45,316 bases of DNA from Mariprofundaceae bacterium (GTDB taxonomy: Bacteria; Pseudomonadota; Zetaproteobacteria; Mariprofundales; Mariprofundaceae), in NCBI GenBank assembly GCA_046753585.1, contig JBHHTX010000001.1, positions 1-45,316 on the forward strand, in the 5' to 3' direction. Below, piece by piece: positions 18,007 to 26,676 of this stretch (the first letter of the stretch is position 1; each line of letters starts with the position of its first letter). Under the pieces are notes generated by a model. The model did not search any database and was not told where the DNA came from. It saw only the letters and a program-made list of their open reading frames with translations. The position numbers were made by a program, and so were the translations under genes.

Positions 18007-18872
18007 AGGTTGGAATTGCCATCAAGCCCGGAGAACCCAGGGCCAGAAAACTGGCTATGGATCTCTATGGCTGGCTACTTAAACATGATCAGGAAGTCTG
18101 GATGGCCGAACCTTGCCTGATGGATATGCCGGGGTTGCAACGTTTAGCACTGGAACAGATGTCACAATCTGTTGAACTGATGATCGTTTTGGGTGGTGAT
18201 GGTACCTTGCTGCATGTGGCCCGCCGCTTTATCGGCTCGTCCACGCCAATTATGGGCATTAACCTTGGCCGGCTCGGATTTCTTACCGAGACACCTATAG
18301 GCAGTATGTTTGATGCGGTTGAGAAAGTTATAAGGGGCGAAGGCAAAGTAGAACGCAGGTTCGGTTTACTGGTTGAAGTCTGGCGAAGTGAGCAACGTTT
18401 TACTACTGGCTACGCTATCAATGATGTTATTCTGCAACGTAACGAGCACCCTCGCATGATCGAATTCGAAACGCGCGTTCAGAATCAGTTTGTATTTTGT
18501 CTGCGCGGAGACGGGCTTATACTAGCTACACCAGCTGGCTCCACTGCCTATGCCCTTTCCGCTGGAGGGCCAATTGTTCACCCCAGATTGCCTGCTATCA
18601 GTGTTGTACCTATTTGCCCGCATATTCTTTCCAACCGTCCTATCGTGGTTCCGGCTGAAGATGTTATCGAGCTTAAGGTGATAGAAAGTCCGGCCCCGGT
18701 AGCCCTGAATCTGGATGGCCAGGAACATTCCGTGCTGGAGCAAGGAGACCGGGTAAGGGTGGAAAAGGCAGGTTATGTCTCTATTGTTTATTTGCCCGGT
18801 CGTAATTATTACGGGGTTCTGCGCTCGAAACTTCATTGGGGAGGCCGAGACAAAAAAGAACATGCTGACTGA
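18003..18872 (+). CDS. nadK: NAD(+) kinase
   Basis: MKVGIAIKPG..., GGDGTLL, NLGRLGFLT and ATPAGSTAYALSAGGPIV motifs. AGGAGGA lies 5 nt upstream of the ATG at 18003. The ORF-track start at 17889 overlaps the cytochrome gene. Confidence 0.92.
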   Translation: MKVGIAIKPGEPRARKLAMDLYGWLLKHDQEVWMAEPCLMDMPGLQRLALEQMSQSVELMIVLGGDGTLLHVARRFIGSSTPIMGINLGRLGFLTETPIGSMFDAVEKVIRGEGKVERRFGLLVEVWRSEQRFTTGYAINDVILQRNEHPRMIEFETRVQNQFVFCLRGDGLILATPAGSTAYALSAGGPIVHPRLPAISVVPICPHILSNRPIVVPAEDVIELKVIESPAPVALNLDGQEHSVLEQGDRVRVEKAGYVSIVYLPGRNYYGVLRSKLHWGGRDKKEHAD

Positions 18873-20526
18873 ACTGCATGTTTGCCAATTTGCGCTGATC
18901 GATGAGGTAAGGCTGGAATTTCATCCCGGCATGACCGTGTTCAGTGGTGAGACCGGAGCCGGAAAGTCGATTTTGGTTGATGCTCTGGGAGCTGTTTTTG
19001 GTGTACGGGCCGAGCGCGAATGGGTACGCCATGGCGCCGAGCGGGCGGAAATATCGGCAGTGCTGGAAGGTATCAGCAAATCGCTGTGGATCTGGCTGGA
19101 AGCTGAGGGCCTGGAACCGGATGAGCAGCTGATTCTCAGGCGCCTCATCAGCGTTGACGGGCGCTCCCGCGCCTATATCAATAACAAACCTGTTCCTATA
19201 AAAACCCTGCAACTCCTGGGCTCAAGAATTCTCGATCAGCATGGCCAGCATGAACATCAGGCCATGTTGCGGCCAGAGTATCAACGCCATTTACTGGATG
19301 AGCGCCTTTGTCCAGCCGTGCTTGAAGCATGTCGGGATACATTTCGGCGTTGGCGACGGGAGAAGCAGGCACTTGCCGACCTGAAGGCACAGTGTGACGA
19401 AAGTCAAAAACAAGAATCCTGGCTCAGAGATGAATTGCGAAGGTTACAGGCACTGGAGTTGGAAGATGGTATCGGTGACAAGCTACGCCGTCAGGTCAAA
19501 AACGGTCGCCATTTCACCCAGATCCAGGAAGCCCTGACCACTTGCCTGTCCGCCCTGGAGGATGGTGACCCCACTGTACGTAATTTACTGGCAAAGTGTG
19601 CGCAGGCACTGGGTCCGGTAGCGGAGTTCAGGCCGGAATTTAGAGAATGTCTTGATATATTGGGCCAAATGGATGCTCTGCTCGGCGAACTGGAGCCCAA
19701 CTTACGACCCATTCTGGAGGAAACGTTTGACTCTCAAACTTTGGCCCGGGCAGAGGACAGCCTTATGCATCTTCAGGATGCCATGCGTCGCCATCATACA
19801 GATGAACCGGGCCTTATTCGCCTGCTTGATGATATGGAGGTAAGAATATCCGGTCTGGAAACCGCCAGCTGGGATTTGGAGAAGCAGGAGAAACAGTTGC
19901 AAGCGGCAGCTCAATCATATCAACAGGCAGCCGGAAAGCTCAGCAAGACAAGAAATCAGGCAGCCGATGAGCTTTGCCTGGCATTGAGGCCTTTTATGGA
20001 CCGGCTGGCCCTTGATGGTATGCAGGTCAGGATAAATGTTGAGTCAATGGATATGAATGATTCCCGATGGTCTGCTGAGGGTTGGGATGAGGTTCAGTTT
20101 ATGGCCTCATCCAATCCCGGTGAACCCTTCCGGCTTCTGGCTTCTATTGCATCCGGTGGAGAGTTGTCCCGCCTTGTTTTAGCCCTGAAAGGTAGCGGGG
20201 CACTGAAAACAGCTCCGGAAATGGCAGTGTTTGATGAGGTGGATGTCGGTATCGGTGGAGAAACAGCATGGAGTGTTGGTGAATTGCTTGCCTCTATGGG
20301 CGGAGACAGGCAGGTGCTGGTGGTCTCTCATCTGCCACAGGTAGCAGCATGCGCGAATCATCAAATTTATATTCGTAAACAGGAAAAGGATGGTCGGACC
20401 TTAATTGTTTTCGATTCACTTAAGCCACCTGACAGGCTGGAGGAGTTGGCTCGTATGTTAGGTGGTTCCAGCACCAGGAGCAGGGAGCATGCCGCTCAAA
20501 TGCTGCGACGGGGAGAATCTGCATGA
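18862..20526 (+). CDS. recN: DNA repair protein RecN
   Basis: MLTELHVCQFALIDEVRLEF, Walker A GETGAGKS, long coiled-coil, signature SGGELSRL and Walker B VFDEVDVGI. Confidence 0.95.
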   Translation: MLTELHVCQFALIDEVRLEFHPGMTVFSGETGAGKSILVDALGAVFGVRAEREWVRHGAERAEISAVLEGISKSLWIWLEAEGLEPDEQLILRRLISVDGRSRAYINNKPVPIKTLQLLGSRILDQHGQHEHQAMLRPEYQRHLLDERLCPAVLEACRDTFRRWRREKQALADLKAQCDESQKQESWLRDELRRLQALELEDGIGDKLRRQVKNGRHFTQIQEALTTCLSALEDGDPTVRNLLAKCAQALGPVAEFRPEFRECLDILGQMDALLGELEPNLRPILEETFDSQTLARAEDSLMHLQDAMRRHHTDEPGLIRLLDDMEVRISGLETASWDLEKQEKQLQAAAQSYQQAAGKLSKTRNQAADELCLALRPFMDRLALDGMQVRINVESMDMNDSRWSAEGWDEVQFMASSNPGEPFRLLASIASGGELSRLVLALKGSGALKTAPEMAVFDEVDVGIGGETAWSVGELLASMGGDRQVLVVSHLPQVAACANHQIYIRKQEKDGRTLIVFDSLKPPDRLEELARMLGGSSTRSREHAAQMLRRGESA

Positions 20527-21041
20527 TTCACGTCCGTGCTGCCGAAATTGGCGATGTCGAAGCAATTTTCGACCTCCTCCAGCCTTTTGCCGATCAGGAG
20601 ATTATTCTGCCGCGATCCAGAGATGATATTTATCAGCATCTGCAGGAGTTTATAGTAGCCATTTGCGATGACAAATTGCTAGGTGCAGCAGCAGTGCACA
20701 TTTATGGCTCGAATCTGGCTGAAATCAGGTCGTTGGTGGTGAATCAGCAACATCACGGGACTGGTCTGGGACGTATGCTTGTTGAAGCCTGTGAGAAATG
20801 GGCATCTGGACTGGGTGTGGCCTGTGTTTTCGCGCTTACCTATGCCCCGGATTTTTTTAAGCGCCTGGGATTTTCGATCGTTGCCAAGGAAAGCCTGCCC
20901 CATAAGATTTGGACAGTCTGCGTGCATTGCGCCAGATTTACCGATTGCGATGAAGTTGCCGTTCAAAAGAATCTATCCGGCGCGCGCATCAAACCAATGA
21001 AGTTGATCCCTATACTTGAGAGTCACTTACGAAACGTATGA
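20523..21041 (+). CDS. GNAT N-acetyltransferase resembling the acetyltransferase domain of N-acetylglutamate synthase (short NAGS type)
   Basis: IRAAEIGDVEAIFDLLQPFADQEIILPRSRDDIYQHLQEF parallels the ArgA C-domain. The acetyl-CoA motif QHHGTGLGRML is present. Confidence 0.7.
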   Translation: MIHVRAAEIGDVEAIFDLLQPFADQEIILPRSRDDIYQHLQEFIVAICDDKLLGAAAVHIYGSNLAEIRSLVVNQQHHGTGLGRMLVEACEKWASGLGVACVFALTYAPDFFKRLGFSIVAKESLPHKIWTVCVHCARFTDCDEVAVQKNLSGARIKPMKLIPILESHLRNV

Positions 21042-21087
21042 GCTTTGCAAGTGGCTTGTCCGTGATTGTGTTAGTATCATACGAGGC

Positions 21088-21447
21088 GAGGAGTGGTTCG
21101 GATGGTCGCGACACGTTTCTTACCCGTCGAGGAAAGTCCGGGCTGCACAGGGCAAGGTGCCGGATAATGTCCGGTGGGTGTGAACCCAAGGAAAGTGCCA
21201 CAGAAAATATACCGCCGGGCTTTTCCCGGTAAGGGTGAAAAGGTGCGGTAAGAGCGCCCCGCTCCGAACGGTAACGGTTGGAGGCATGGTAAACCCCACC
21301 TGCTGCAAGGCCAAATAAGGAAACGCTGAGCGTTGCCCGCGCAAGTTTCCGGGTAGGCTGCATGAGCTGTCGGGCAACCGACAGCCTAGATGAATGACCA
21401 TCCCTCCTTTAGCGGAGGACAAAACCCGGCTTACAGAACCACTCCTC
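21088..21447 (+). ncRNA. rnpB: RNase P RNA, bacterial type A
   Basis: Universally conserved GAGGAAAGUCCGGGCU, GGUAAGGGUGAAA.GGUGCGGUAAGAGCGC, AGAUGAAUGA and ACAAAACCCGGCUUA blocks. P1 pairs GAGGAGUGGUUC (5') with GAACCACUCCUC (3'); P2 pairs GGAUGGUC with GACCAUCC. A U6 run follows the 3' end. Confidence 0.95.
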
Positions 21448-21477
21448 TTTTTTCTGTGCCGATGAGAGAACAGGAGA

Positions 21478-21969
21478 TTGATTCAATCAGGAGAAAGCGT
21501 GGAAAGCAATATTGCCAATGCAGCCAAGACCAGAAAGCTTAAAAAATATTTTGAGCGACACGGGCGCATATTTATTGTGGTTGATGCCACCAGGGATGGA
21601 GTGGTGCTTCCTGATCATTTACGGGAAGATCCCGCCTTAAAGCTTATACTAAATGTGCGCATGCCCCAGCCGATTTATTTTCGTGATGGCTACCTTGAGT
21701 CTACTTTTTCCTTTTCCGGCCAGTCATTTGCCTGCCATATACCCCTGGAAGCGATATGGGCTGCCTACTTATCAAACCAGGAAATTGATAACGGTATCAT
21801 GTGGGAAGAAGATATGCCCGAATCAGTTCGTGAGGTTCTCAACGCAGTTCGGGATCTGCAAGGAAACGACCCTGACCGGACGGCAGTTCAGGCCAAGGAT
21901 GCCAACGTACCGGAGGCGGAGACAAGCAAGACTCAAAAGAGCAAAAAACACCTGCGAGTCATAAAATAA
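21478..21969 (+). CDS. sspB: ClpXP adaptor SspB (stringent starvation protein B). A GTG at 21499 preceded by AGGAGA is a plausible true start.
   Basis: The core RIFIVVDATRDGVVLPDHL...LILNV...FSFSG....IPLEAIWAAY parallels SspB. An acidic linker and a C-terminal ClpX-binding tail HLRVIK (compare LRVVK) follow. Confidence 0.75.
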   Translation: MIQSGESVESNIANAAKTRKLKKYFERHGRIFIVVDATRDGVVLPDHLREDPALKLILNVRMPQPIYFRDGYLESTFSFSGQSFACHIPLEAIWAAYLSNQEIDNGIMWEEDMPESVREVLNAVRDLQGNDPDRTAVQAKDANVPEAETSKTQKSKKHLRVIK

Positions 21970-21970
21970 T

Positions 21971-22906
21971 ATGCATCTGAGAAGTCCTCTGCCTGTGTTT
22001 CTGGTAGTTCTACTCGGGCTATTGCCTTCAGCTGCGCAGGGAAATGCCGATAGCCGACTACAGGTTTCTCTTACTCAGGAAGGGCAGGTTCTTCGTCGGC
22101 CACCCATTGAAGACATGGTTCGTTCTTCCCTGCCGACATTATGGGATCGTCTGATACCCAGAAATCATCGTGCTCAGGCGGACAGGCTGGCTGCTTCATC
22201 AAAGCTTGTAAGTCGCATTGTTCCCGGCCGCGAACTATCGCTGGTGGTGTTTAATGCCTCAGCAGTTTTTTATTTGTTGAAGCAGTCCCGATTACCTTAT
22301 ATTCCCTCCTCCCCCTATTTCAATCTGAAGATAGTCGTTGAAAACAGCTTTGGCTCTCCAATGAAGCAATCACAACAACTGCTCCATCAACGAGCACTCG
22401 AAATAGCTGAGCAGTGGGGCATCGGGCTGGCAGAAACTGCTCCGGCGCTGGTCATTACATGGCGCTGGTTGAATCAGAGCAATCAGGTTGAGATGTCAGT
22501 TCGGGGCAATACCCGTTTACAGGAATATACCGAGGTGCAATTGCTGCCTCCCGGTGATCCGGCAAATGCGCTCAGCCAGTTACTTGAGGAAGTGATGCTG
22601 AAAGCCCGGGATGCCTATGCTGTTAATACCCGGATCAGGCAGACTGAAACCCAACAGAAGAATATCAGTAATATCGAGGGGACCCTGATTATTAACCGCC
22701 CCATGTCGTTGAGCGAACAGGTAGTAATCGAGTCGGGGCTGGAGTCTGAACGTCGGGTCAAGGTCCTGATTCCAGAGTCTTACACCCCACAGCGTCAATC
22801 CTACCGCTTGATCCTGCGTAGTCAGGATGACACCTGGCTGGCGCCATGGTTTCGCCGTCGTGGCATGGCATTGAGTTTGACCCCTGAAGGTTGGCTGGTA
22901 CGTTGA
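21971..22906 (+). CDS. Secreted protein of unknown function (possibly DUF2066-like; low confidence)
   Basis: Signal peptide MHLRSPLPVFLVVLLGLLPSAAQG. No motifs I can assign. It is packed between sspB and pgsA/hda. Confidence 0.6.
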   Translation: MHLRSPLPVFLVVLLGLLPSAAQGNADSRLQVSLTQEGQVLRRPPIEDMVRSSLPTLWDRLIPRNHRAQADRLAASSKLVSRIVPGRELSLVVFNASAVFYLLKQSRLPYIPSSPYFNLKIVVENSFGSPMKQSQQLLHQRALEIAEQWGIGLAETAPALVITWRWLNQSNQVEMSVRGNTRLQEYTEVQLLPPGDPANALSQLLEEVMLKARDAYAVNTRIRQTETQQKNISNIEGTLIINRPMSLSEQVVIESGLESERRVKVLIPESYTPQRQSYRLILRSQDDTWLAPWFRRRGMALSLTPEGWLVR

Positions 22907-23454
22907 AGCAAAACATTATTAATTTCCCCAATATGCTCACCTTAAGCCGGATTCTGATTACTCCCTTTCTGGTGTTTATGATTCTGGAACAGCAGGCTTT
23001 ATTAGCCCTGGCTGTATTTATTTTCGCTGGCCTGACCGACATGCTGGACGGGTTATGGGCCAAACGCTTTCACCAGGAAACAGATATTGGCGCGCTGCTT
23101 GATCCTATAGCCGATAAACTGTTGCTGGTTAGCTGCATTGTTGTTCTGTTCAGCATCGGGCATGTGCCCCTGTTTTTGTTCCTGGCTGTTATTTTCCGTG
23201 ATGTCATTATAATCGTTGGTGCTATTGCCTATGAACTGGTAACGCACAAGCTGAAAATGGAGCCAAGCTGGTTTTCCAAGGCCACTACAGTAATGCAGCT
23301 TGTTTATACTGCTGTTGTGCTTCTTAATATGGCTACCCCGATTTTATCCATGCTGGTAGATATAACAGCCTGGCTGACATTTGGGCTGACCTGTATTTCA
23401 GGCTTGCACTATATGATAGTCTGGACATTGAAGGCGATGCGGACAGAACCTTAA
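22891..23454 (+). CDS. pgsA: CDP-alcohol phosphatidyltransferase, probable phosphatidylglycerophosphate synthase
   Basis: The D-G-x2-A-R-x8-G-x3-D-x3-D motif is present as DMLDGLWAKRFHQETDIGALLDPIADK. About 185 aa and polytopic. An alternative TTG start at 22903 overlaps the upstream stop. Confidence 0.75.
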   Translation: MAGTLKQNIINFPNMLTLSRILITPFLVFMILEQQALLALAVFIFAGLTDMLDGLWAKRFHQETDIGALLDPIADKLLLVSCIVVLFSIGHVPLFLFLAVIFRDVIIIVGAIAYELVTHKLKMEPSWFSKATTVMQLVYTAVVLLNMATPILSMLVDITAWLTFGLTCISGLHYMIVWTLKAMRTEP

Positions 23455-24179
23455 TGCGTCAGCGTCTGCTTAATTTTGAAATTTCTCCTGCCCACTCTTA
23501 CGGTGAATGGATTCGGCATGCCGGCATTGAGCCTGTGCACAATCGTATTGCCCTTTGGCTGGTTCACGGCGGCAGACTCTGGTTAAGCTCCGGGGAACCA
23601 TCCGGCAAAACCCACTTCCTGAAGGCATTGCAACAGGAACACCCCTTCCTGGGGCTGCTCCGTCTTGATCAACTGCATGCTTCGTCCTCCATCAGTGAAG
23701 TTCAGAAATGGCTGGATTTTCTGGATCCGTATGCGTTTTGGCTGGTTGATGTTCCTGCCGGGGCCTTGCCTTATGCTACTGGCACCGCCTTGTTTCACCT
23801 GATTGAACGGGCTCGCACAATGCAACGCCCTTTTCTTGTTTCCTGGAGGTGTCCTGAAGAGGAGCTGGCACCACCGGAATTGAGCAGCCGTCTTAAGGCA
23901 ATGGATCGCCTCGCCATGCCCGCGCCGCACTCGGATGAAGATTTACGTGCAGTACTTCGTTCTGTTGCAACATCCCGGCAATGGCAAGTGGATGCTGCCA
24001 TCATCGATTTATTAATTCTCCATCTGCCGAGGAAGTTAACTACGCTCATTGAGGCCTTACACGTCCTGGAGAGAACCTCACTGGAGGAGCGTCGCAGCCT
24101 GAACAAAACATGGGCTCGCCAGTTTCTTCGCTGCCAACAGGAGAAAGATGCCCAGACGGGTTTATTTGCAGAGAATTAA
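23454..24179 (+). CDS. hda: DnaA regulatory inactivator Hda/HdaA-like AAA+ protein
   Basis: P-loop SGEPSGKTHFL. The C-terminal half (SSRLKAMDRLAMPAPHSDEDLRAVLRSVATSRQWQVDAAIIDLLILHLPRKLTTL) follows the Hda pattern. About 240 aa. The start overlaps the pgsA stop (TAATG). Confidence 0.6.
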   Translation: MRQRLLNFEISPAHSYGEWIRHAGIEPVHNRIALWLVHGGRLWLSSGEPSGKTHFLKALQQEHPFLGLLRLDQLHASSSISEVQKWLDFLDPYAFWLVDVPAGALPYATGTALFHLIERARTMQRPFLVSWRCPEEELAPPELSSRLKAMDRLAMPAPHSDEDLRAVLRSVATSRQWQVDAAIIDLLILHLPRKLTTLIEALHVLERTSLEERRSLNKTWARQFLRCQQEKDAQTGLFAEN

Positions 24180-24408
24180 ACACTTTATGCGCCAAATGGA
24201 CTCTTCATAAGTTCCTTGTAAAAGTTGTGATGCCGCCTCAACTTGCCCTGACAAATCAGCGTGTAGGAAGTGAAATATGAAGTCAGGCAAGGAAATTTAC
24301 CATCAGAGCAAGCAGCTTGTTGAAGCAGCCTTTTTTCATCATTCGGCTACCATAACTCCAGGCAAGCGGTTCTTGTCTGTGTCATGGCCATATCAAAACC
24401 CCTTGTCT

Positions 24409-24759
24409 TCAGACAGTAAAAGAGGCCCCACAGCCGCACTCACCCTTTTTATTCGGATTGGCAAACACAAAACCGGAGGAAAGTGCATCCTCCTGATAAT
24501 CAAGTCTCAGACCGATCAGGGCCTGTTTGTATGAAGCCGGATCGATATAGATGGAAAAACCTTCAAACCTTTTAACGTAGTCGTCATCTTCGGGCTCGTC
24601 AGCATAATCCATCACGTACTTCAGACCGGAGCAACCGGCGGCACGCACCGAGATCCTGACACCAGCATATCCCTGCTTTTTTGCCGTCTCTGACAATCGA
24701 TTCATTGCAGCAGAGCTCAGCTCCATGTCAGGTTCAGGAAAATGTGTTGTTTCATTCAT
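24409..24759 (-). CDS. iscA: A-type iron-sulfur cluster carrier (HesB/IscA family)
   Basis: GCSGLKYVMDYADEP and C-terminal ECGCGASFTV, giving the three conserved Cys. Confidence 0.85.
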   Translation of the reverse strand: MNETTHFPEPDMELSSAAMNRLSETAKKQGYAGVRISVRAAGCSGLKYVMDYADEPEDDDYVKRFEGFSIYIDPASYKQALIGLRLDYQEDALSSGFVFANPNKKGECGCGASFTV

Positions 24760-24784
24760 CTCAGTTCCACCAGTTTGACAATAT

Positions 24785-25975
24785 TCAGATAGCCCCGGTC
24801 ATGCTTAACAAACGCTGGCGAATAGCACAAAGCTCATCAATGAGAGCATAACCATCCTCCAGGCTGTTGCCCGGCCCAAAACTTATTCGCACACTATTTC
24901 CTGCAGTTTCCCTGGAATGGCCCATGGCCAGCAGGACATGCGAGGGATCCCTTTTGCCGGAAGAACAGGCAGAACCAGAAGCAATGGCAAATCCGGCCAG
25001 GTCCAGCTGCATTAACAGGGTTTCCCCATCGAAACCGGGCAGACTGAACATGCTGGTATTGCCGACACGCTCAGTTTTCTCAGCGTAAATATCAACATCC
25101 GGCAAACGTTCTTTCAGACAATTCTCAAAACTGTCGCGCAAAGGTTCAAGTGCAGAAAAATCGTTCACACCCAGAGCTGCGGCAAAACCGGCAATGCCAG
25201 GTACATTTTCCGTCCCGGATCGTCTGCCCCTTTCCTGACCTCCGCCAGGTGCTATCTCCTGCAACTGACGGCTTTTGTGCACAATCAGTGCCCCCACTCC
25301 CTTCGGCCCGCCAATCTTATGGGCCGAAAAGGAAACAAAATCTGCTCCCCATGCCTCCAGATCTACAAGCGTTTTTCCCAATGCCTGCACTGCATCGACC
25401 AGCAACGGTATTCCTCTTTCCCGGCAGATATCACCAACTTCAGCAACCGGCTGAATAGCACCGGTCTCATTGTTCACAGCCATCAAACAAACCAGACGCG
25501 TATTTTCTGTCAGCTTTTCAACCAATTTCCCCGCCTCGATCACTCCATTTTCATCCGGTGGCACAACAACAAGCTCCCAGCCCGCATCGGCAAATCGCTG
25601 CAAAGGTTTCAAAACTGACGGGTGTTCGATGGCTGAGGTAAGAATTCGTCCGGGTTCTTGTCTTGAGAGCCAGCCATGAATGGCCAGGTTATTAGCTTCG
25701 GTGCCGCCAGAAGTGAACACTACAGAAGATGCATCACTGCCAACAAAACCGGCCAGACAATCTCGCGCATCATCAATGATGTGACGGGCGGCGCGTCCCG
25801 CCCAATGTATGCTGGATGCATTTCCGGGTATTTCCTTTGCAGCCGCACACCATGCTGCGATTGCCTCGCTTACCGGTGGGCAGGTGGCGTTATGATCCAG
25901 ATACCGCTGCAATTTTATGATGCCCGCCGCCTGTTTCTGCATTCGAGTCATTTTCCTCAATCGGCGAAAGCTCAA
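24785..25975 (-). CDS. iscS: Cysteine desulfurase, group I (IscS/NifS-like). The start is uncertain; every candidate start overlaps the iscR 3' end.
   Basis: YLDHNATCP, PLP-lysine region SFSAHKIGGPKGVGAL, and active-site loop SGSACSSGKRDPSHVL. Confidence 0.85.
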   Translation of the reverse strand: MSFRRLRKMTRMQKQAAGIIKLQRYLDHNATCPPVSEAIAAWCAAAKEIPGNASSIHWAGRAARHIIDDARDCLAGFVGSDASSVVFTSGGTEANNLAIHGWLSRQEPGRILTSAIEHPSVLKPLQRFADAGWELVVVPPDENGVIEAGKLVEKLTENTRLVCLMAVNNETGAIQPVAEVGDICRERGIPLLVDAVQALGKTLVDLEAWGADFVSFSAHKIGGPKGVGALIVHKSRQLQEIAPGGGQERGRRSGTENVPGIAGFAAALGVNDFSALEPLRDSFENCLKERLPDVDIYAEKTERVGNTSMFSLPGFDGETLLMQLDLAGFAIASGSACSSGKRDPSHVLLAMGHSRETAGNSVRISFGPGNSLEDGYALIDELCAIRQRLLSMTGAI

Positions 25976-26393
25976 TATCGGCCAGACTTACCCTGCCCCG
26001 AGTTACATCTTCCAGACTCACAACATCAAGGAAGCGAAAAATATGCTGGCGCAGGGATATCCATAAATTGTGTGTGGCACAACGCTTGCCATTATGACAA
26101 CCCGGCATGGCATCACGGCAAACCGTCGTGCGAATAGGCTCATCAACAGCACGAATCACATCAGCAACTGAAATATCACTTGCCTGATTATTGAGCAAAT
26201 AGCCGCCCCCGGGGCCTCGCACTGAACGAACCAGGCCATTTTCGCGCAGGCGGCGGAAGAGTTGTTCCAGATAAGACAGGGAAATGTACTGACGCTCTGA
26301 TATTACCCCGAGAGTTACAGGTCCCTCAGCCTGATGTCTGCTTAGATCAACCATTGCAGATACAGCATATTGTCCCCTGGTGGTCAAACGCAT
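25890..26393 (-). CDS. iscR: Rrf2-family Fe-S cluster regulator IscR
   Basis: MRLTTRGQYAVSAMVDL and the wHTH ISLSYLEQLFRRLRENGLV. The cluster-ligand region is C-x5-C-x5/6-C (TTVCRDAMPGCHNGKRCATH). It sits upstream of iscS. Confidence 0.88.
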   Translation of the reverse strand: MRLTTRGQYAVSAMVDLSRHQAEGPVTLGVISERQYISLSYLEQLFRRLRENGLVRSVRGPGGGYLLNNQASDISVADVIRAVDEPIRTTVCRDAMPGCHNGKRCATHNLWISLRQHIFRFLDVVSLEDVTRGRVSLADIELSPIEENDSNAETGGGHHKIAAVSGS

Positions 26394-26470
26394 AAAGCCT
26401 CCTGAACCTGTAAAATAGAACGAAAATCATGCTTATTAAGTAAGTGCTGAATAAGCGCGTCGAAACCTAC

Positions 26471-26495
26471 ATTTCCGACTATTTTAATCAAGTAC
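26471..26495 (-). promoter_or_regulatory. Candidate type-1 IscR operator upstream of iscR
   Basis: The minus strand reads GTACTTGATTAAAATAGTCGGAAAT. By hand count it matches 21 of 25 positions of the type-1 consensus ATASYYGACTRwwwYAGTCRRSTAT as I remember it. It lies 78-102 nt upstream of the iscR ATG. Confidence 0.5.
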
Positions 26496-26522
26496 TTCGT
26501 GTCATTCCGGACCAGGAGTCAG

Positions 26523-26669
26523 TCGGACTTAGGGTAATCGTAGTGAGCAGGTGGGGGAACAAGTCAAAGACGGCATGATTTTAAGGCGCATAGTGGTAAC
26601 TATGCAACGATAAATGAGGATGGTTTGGGCCGTTATCCCTGTCGCGCCGTAGATTACTCATAAGTCCGA
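26523..26669. repeat. Element of about 147 nt bounded by imperfect 17/18-nt inverted repeats, with an internal perfect hairpin
   Basis: TCGGACTTAGGGTAATC (26523-26539) pairs with GATTACTCATAAGTCCGA (26652-26669); 16 positions pair, with one indel and one mismatch. An internal hairpin GCATAGT-GGTA-ACTATGC sits at about 26588-26605. Confidence 0.45.
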
Positions 26670-26676
26670 TAGACCC

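Noticed and set aside
21010-21422. Three ORFs of 64-117 aa (21010..21363 -, 21120..21422 -, 21038..21232 +) in the ORF track
   Set aside because: They lie entirely on or antisense to the RNase P RNA gene. That gene's conserved blocks and P1/P2 pairings explain the region, so the ORFs are artefacts of a GC-rich structured RNA.
24309-24336. Imperfect hairpin GCAGCTT-GTTG-AAGCAGC followed by T6, a possible terminator for the hda operon
   Set aside because: The stem is only about 6 bp with an internal mismatch and lies 130 nt past the hda stop. It is plausible, but too weak to list as a feature.
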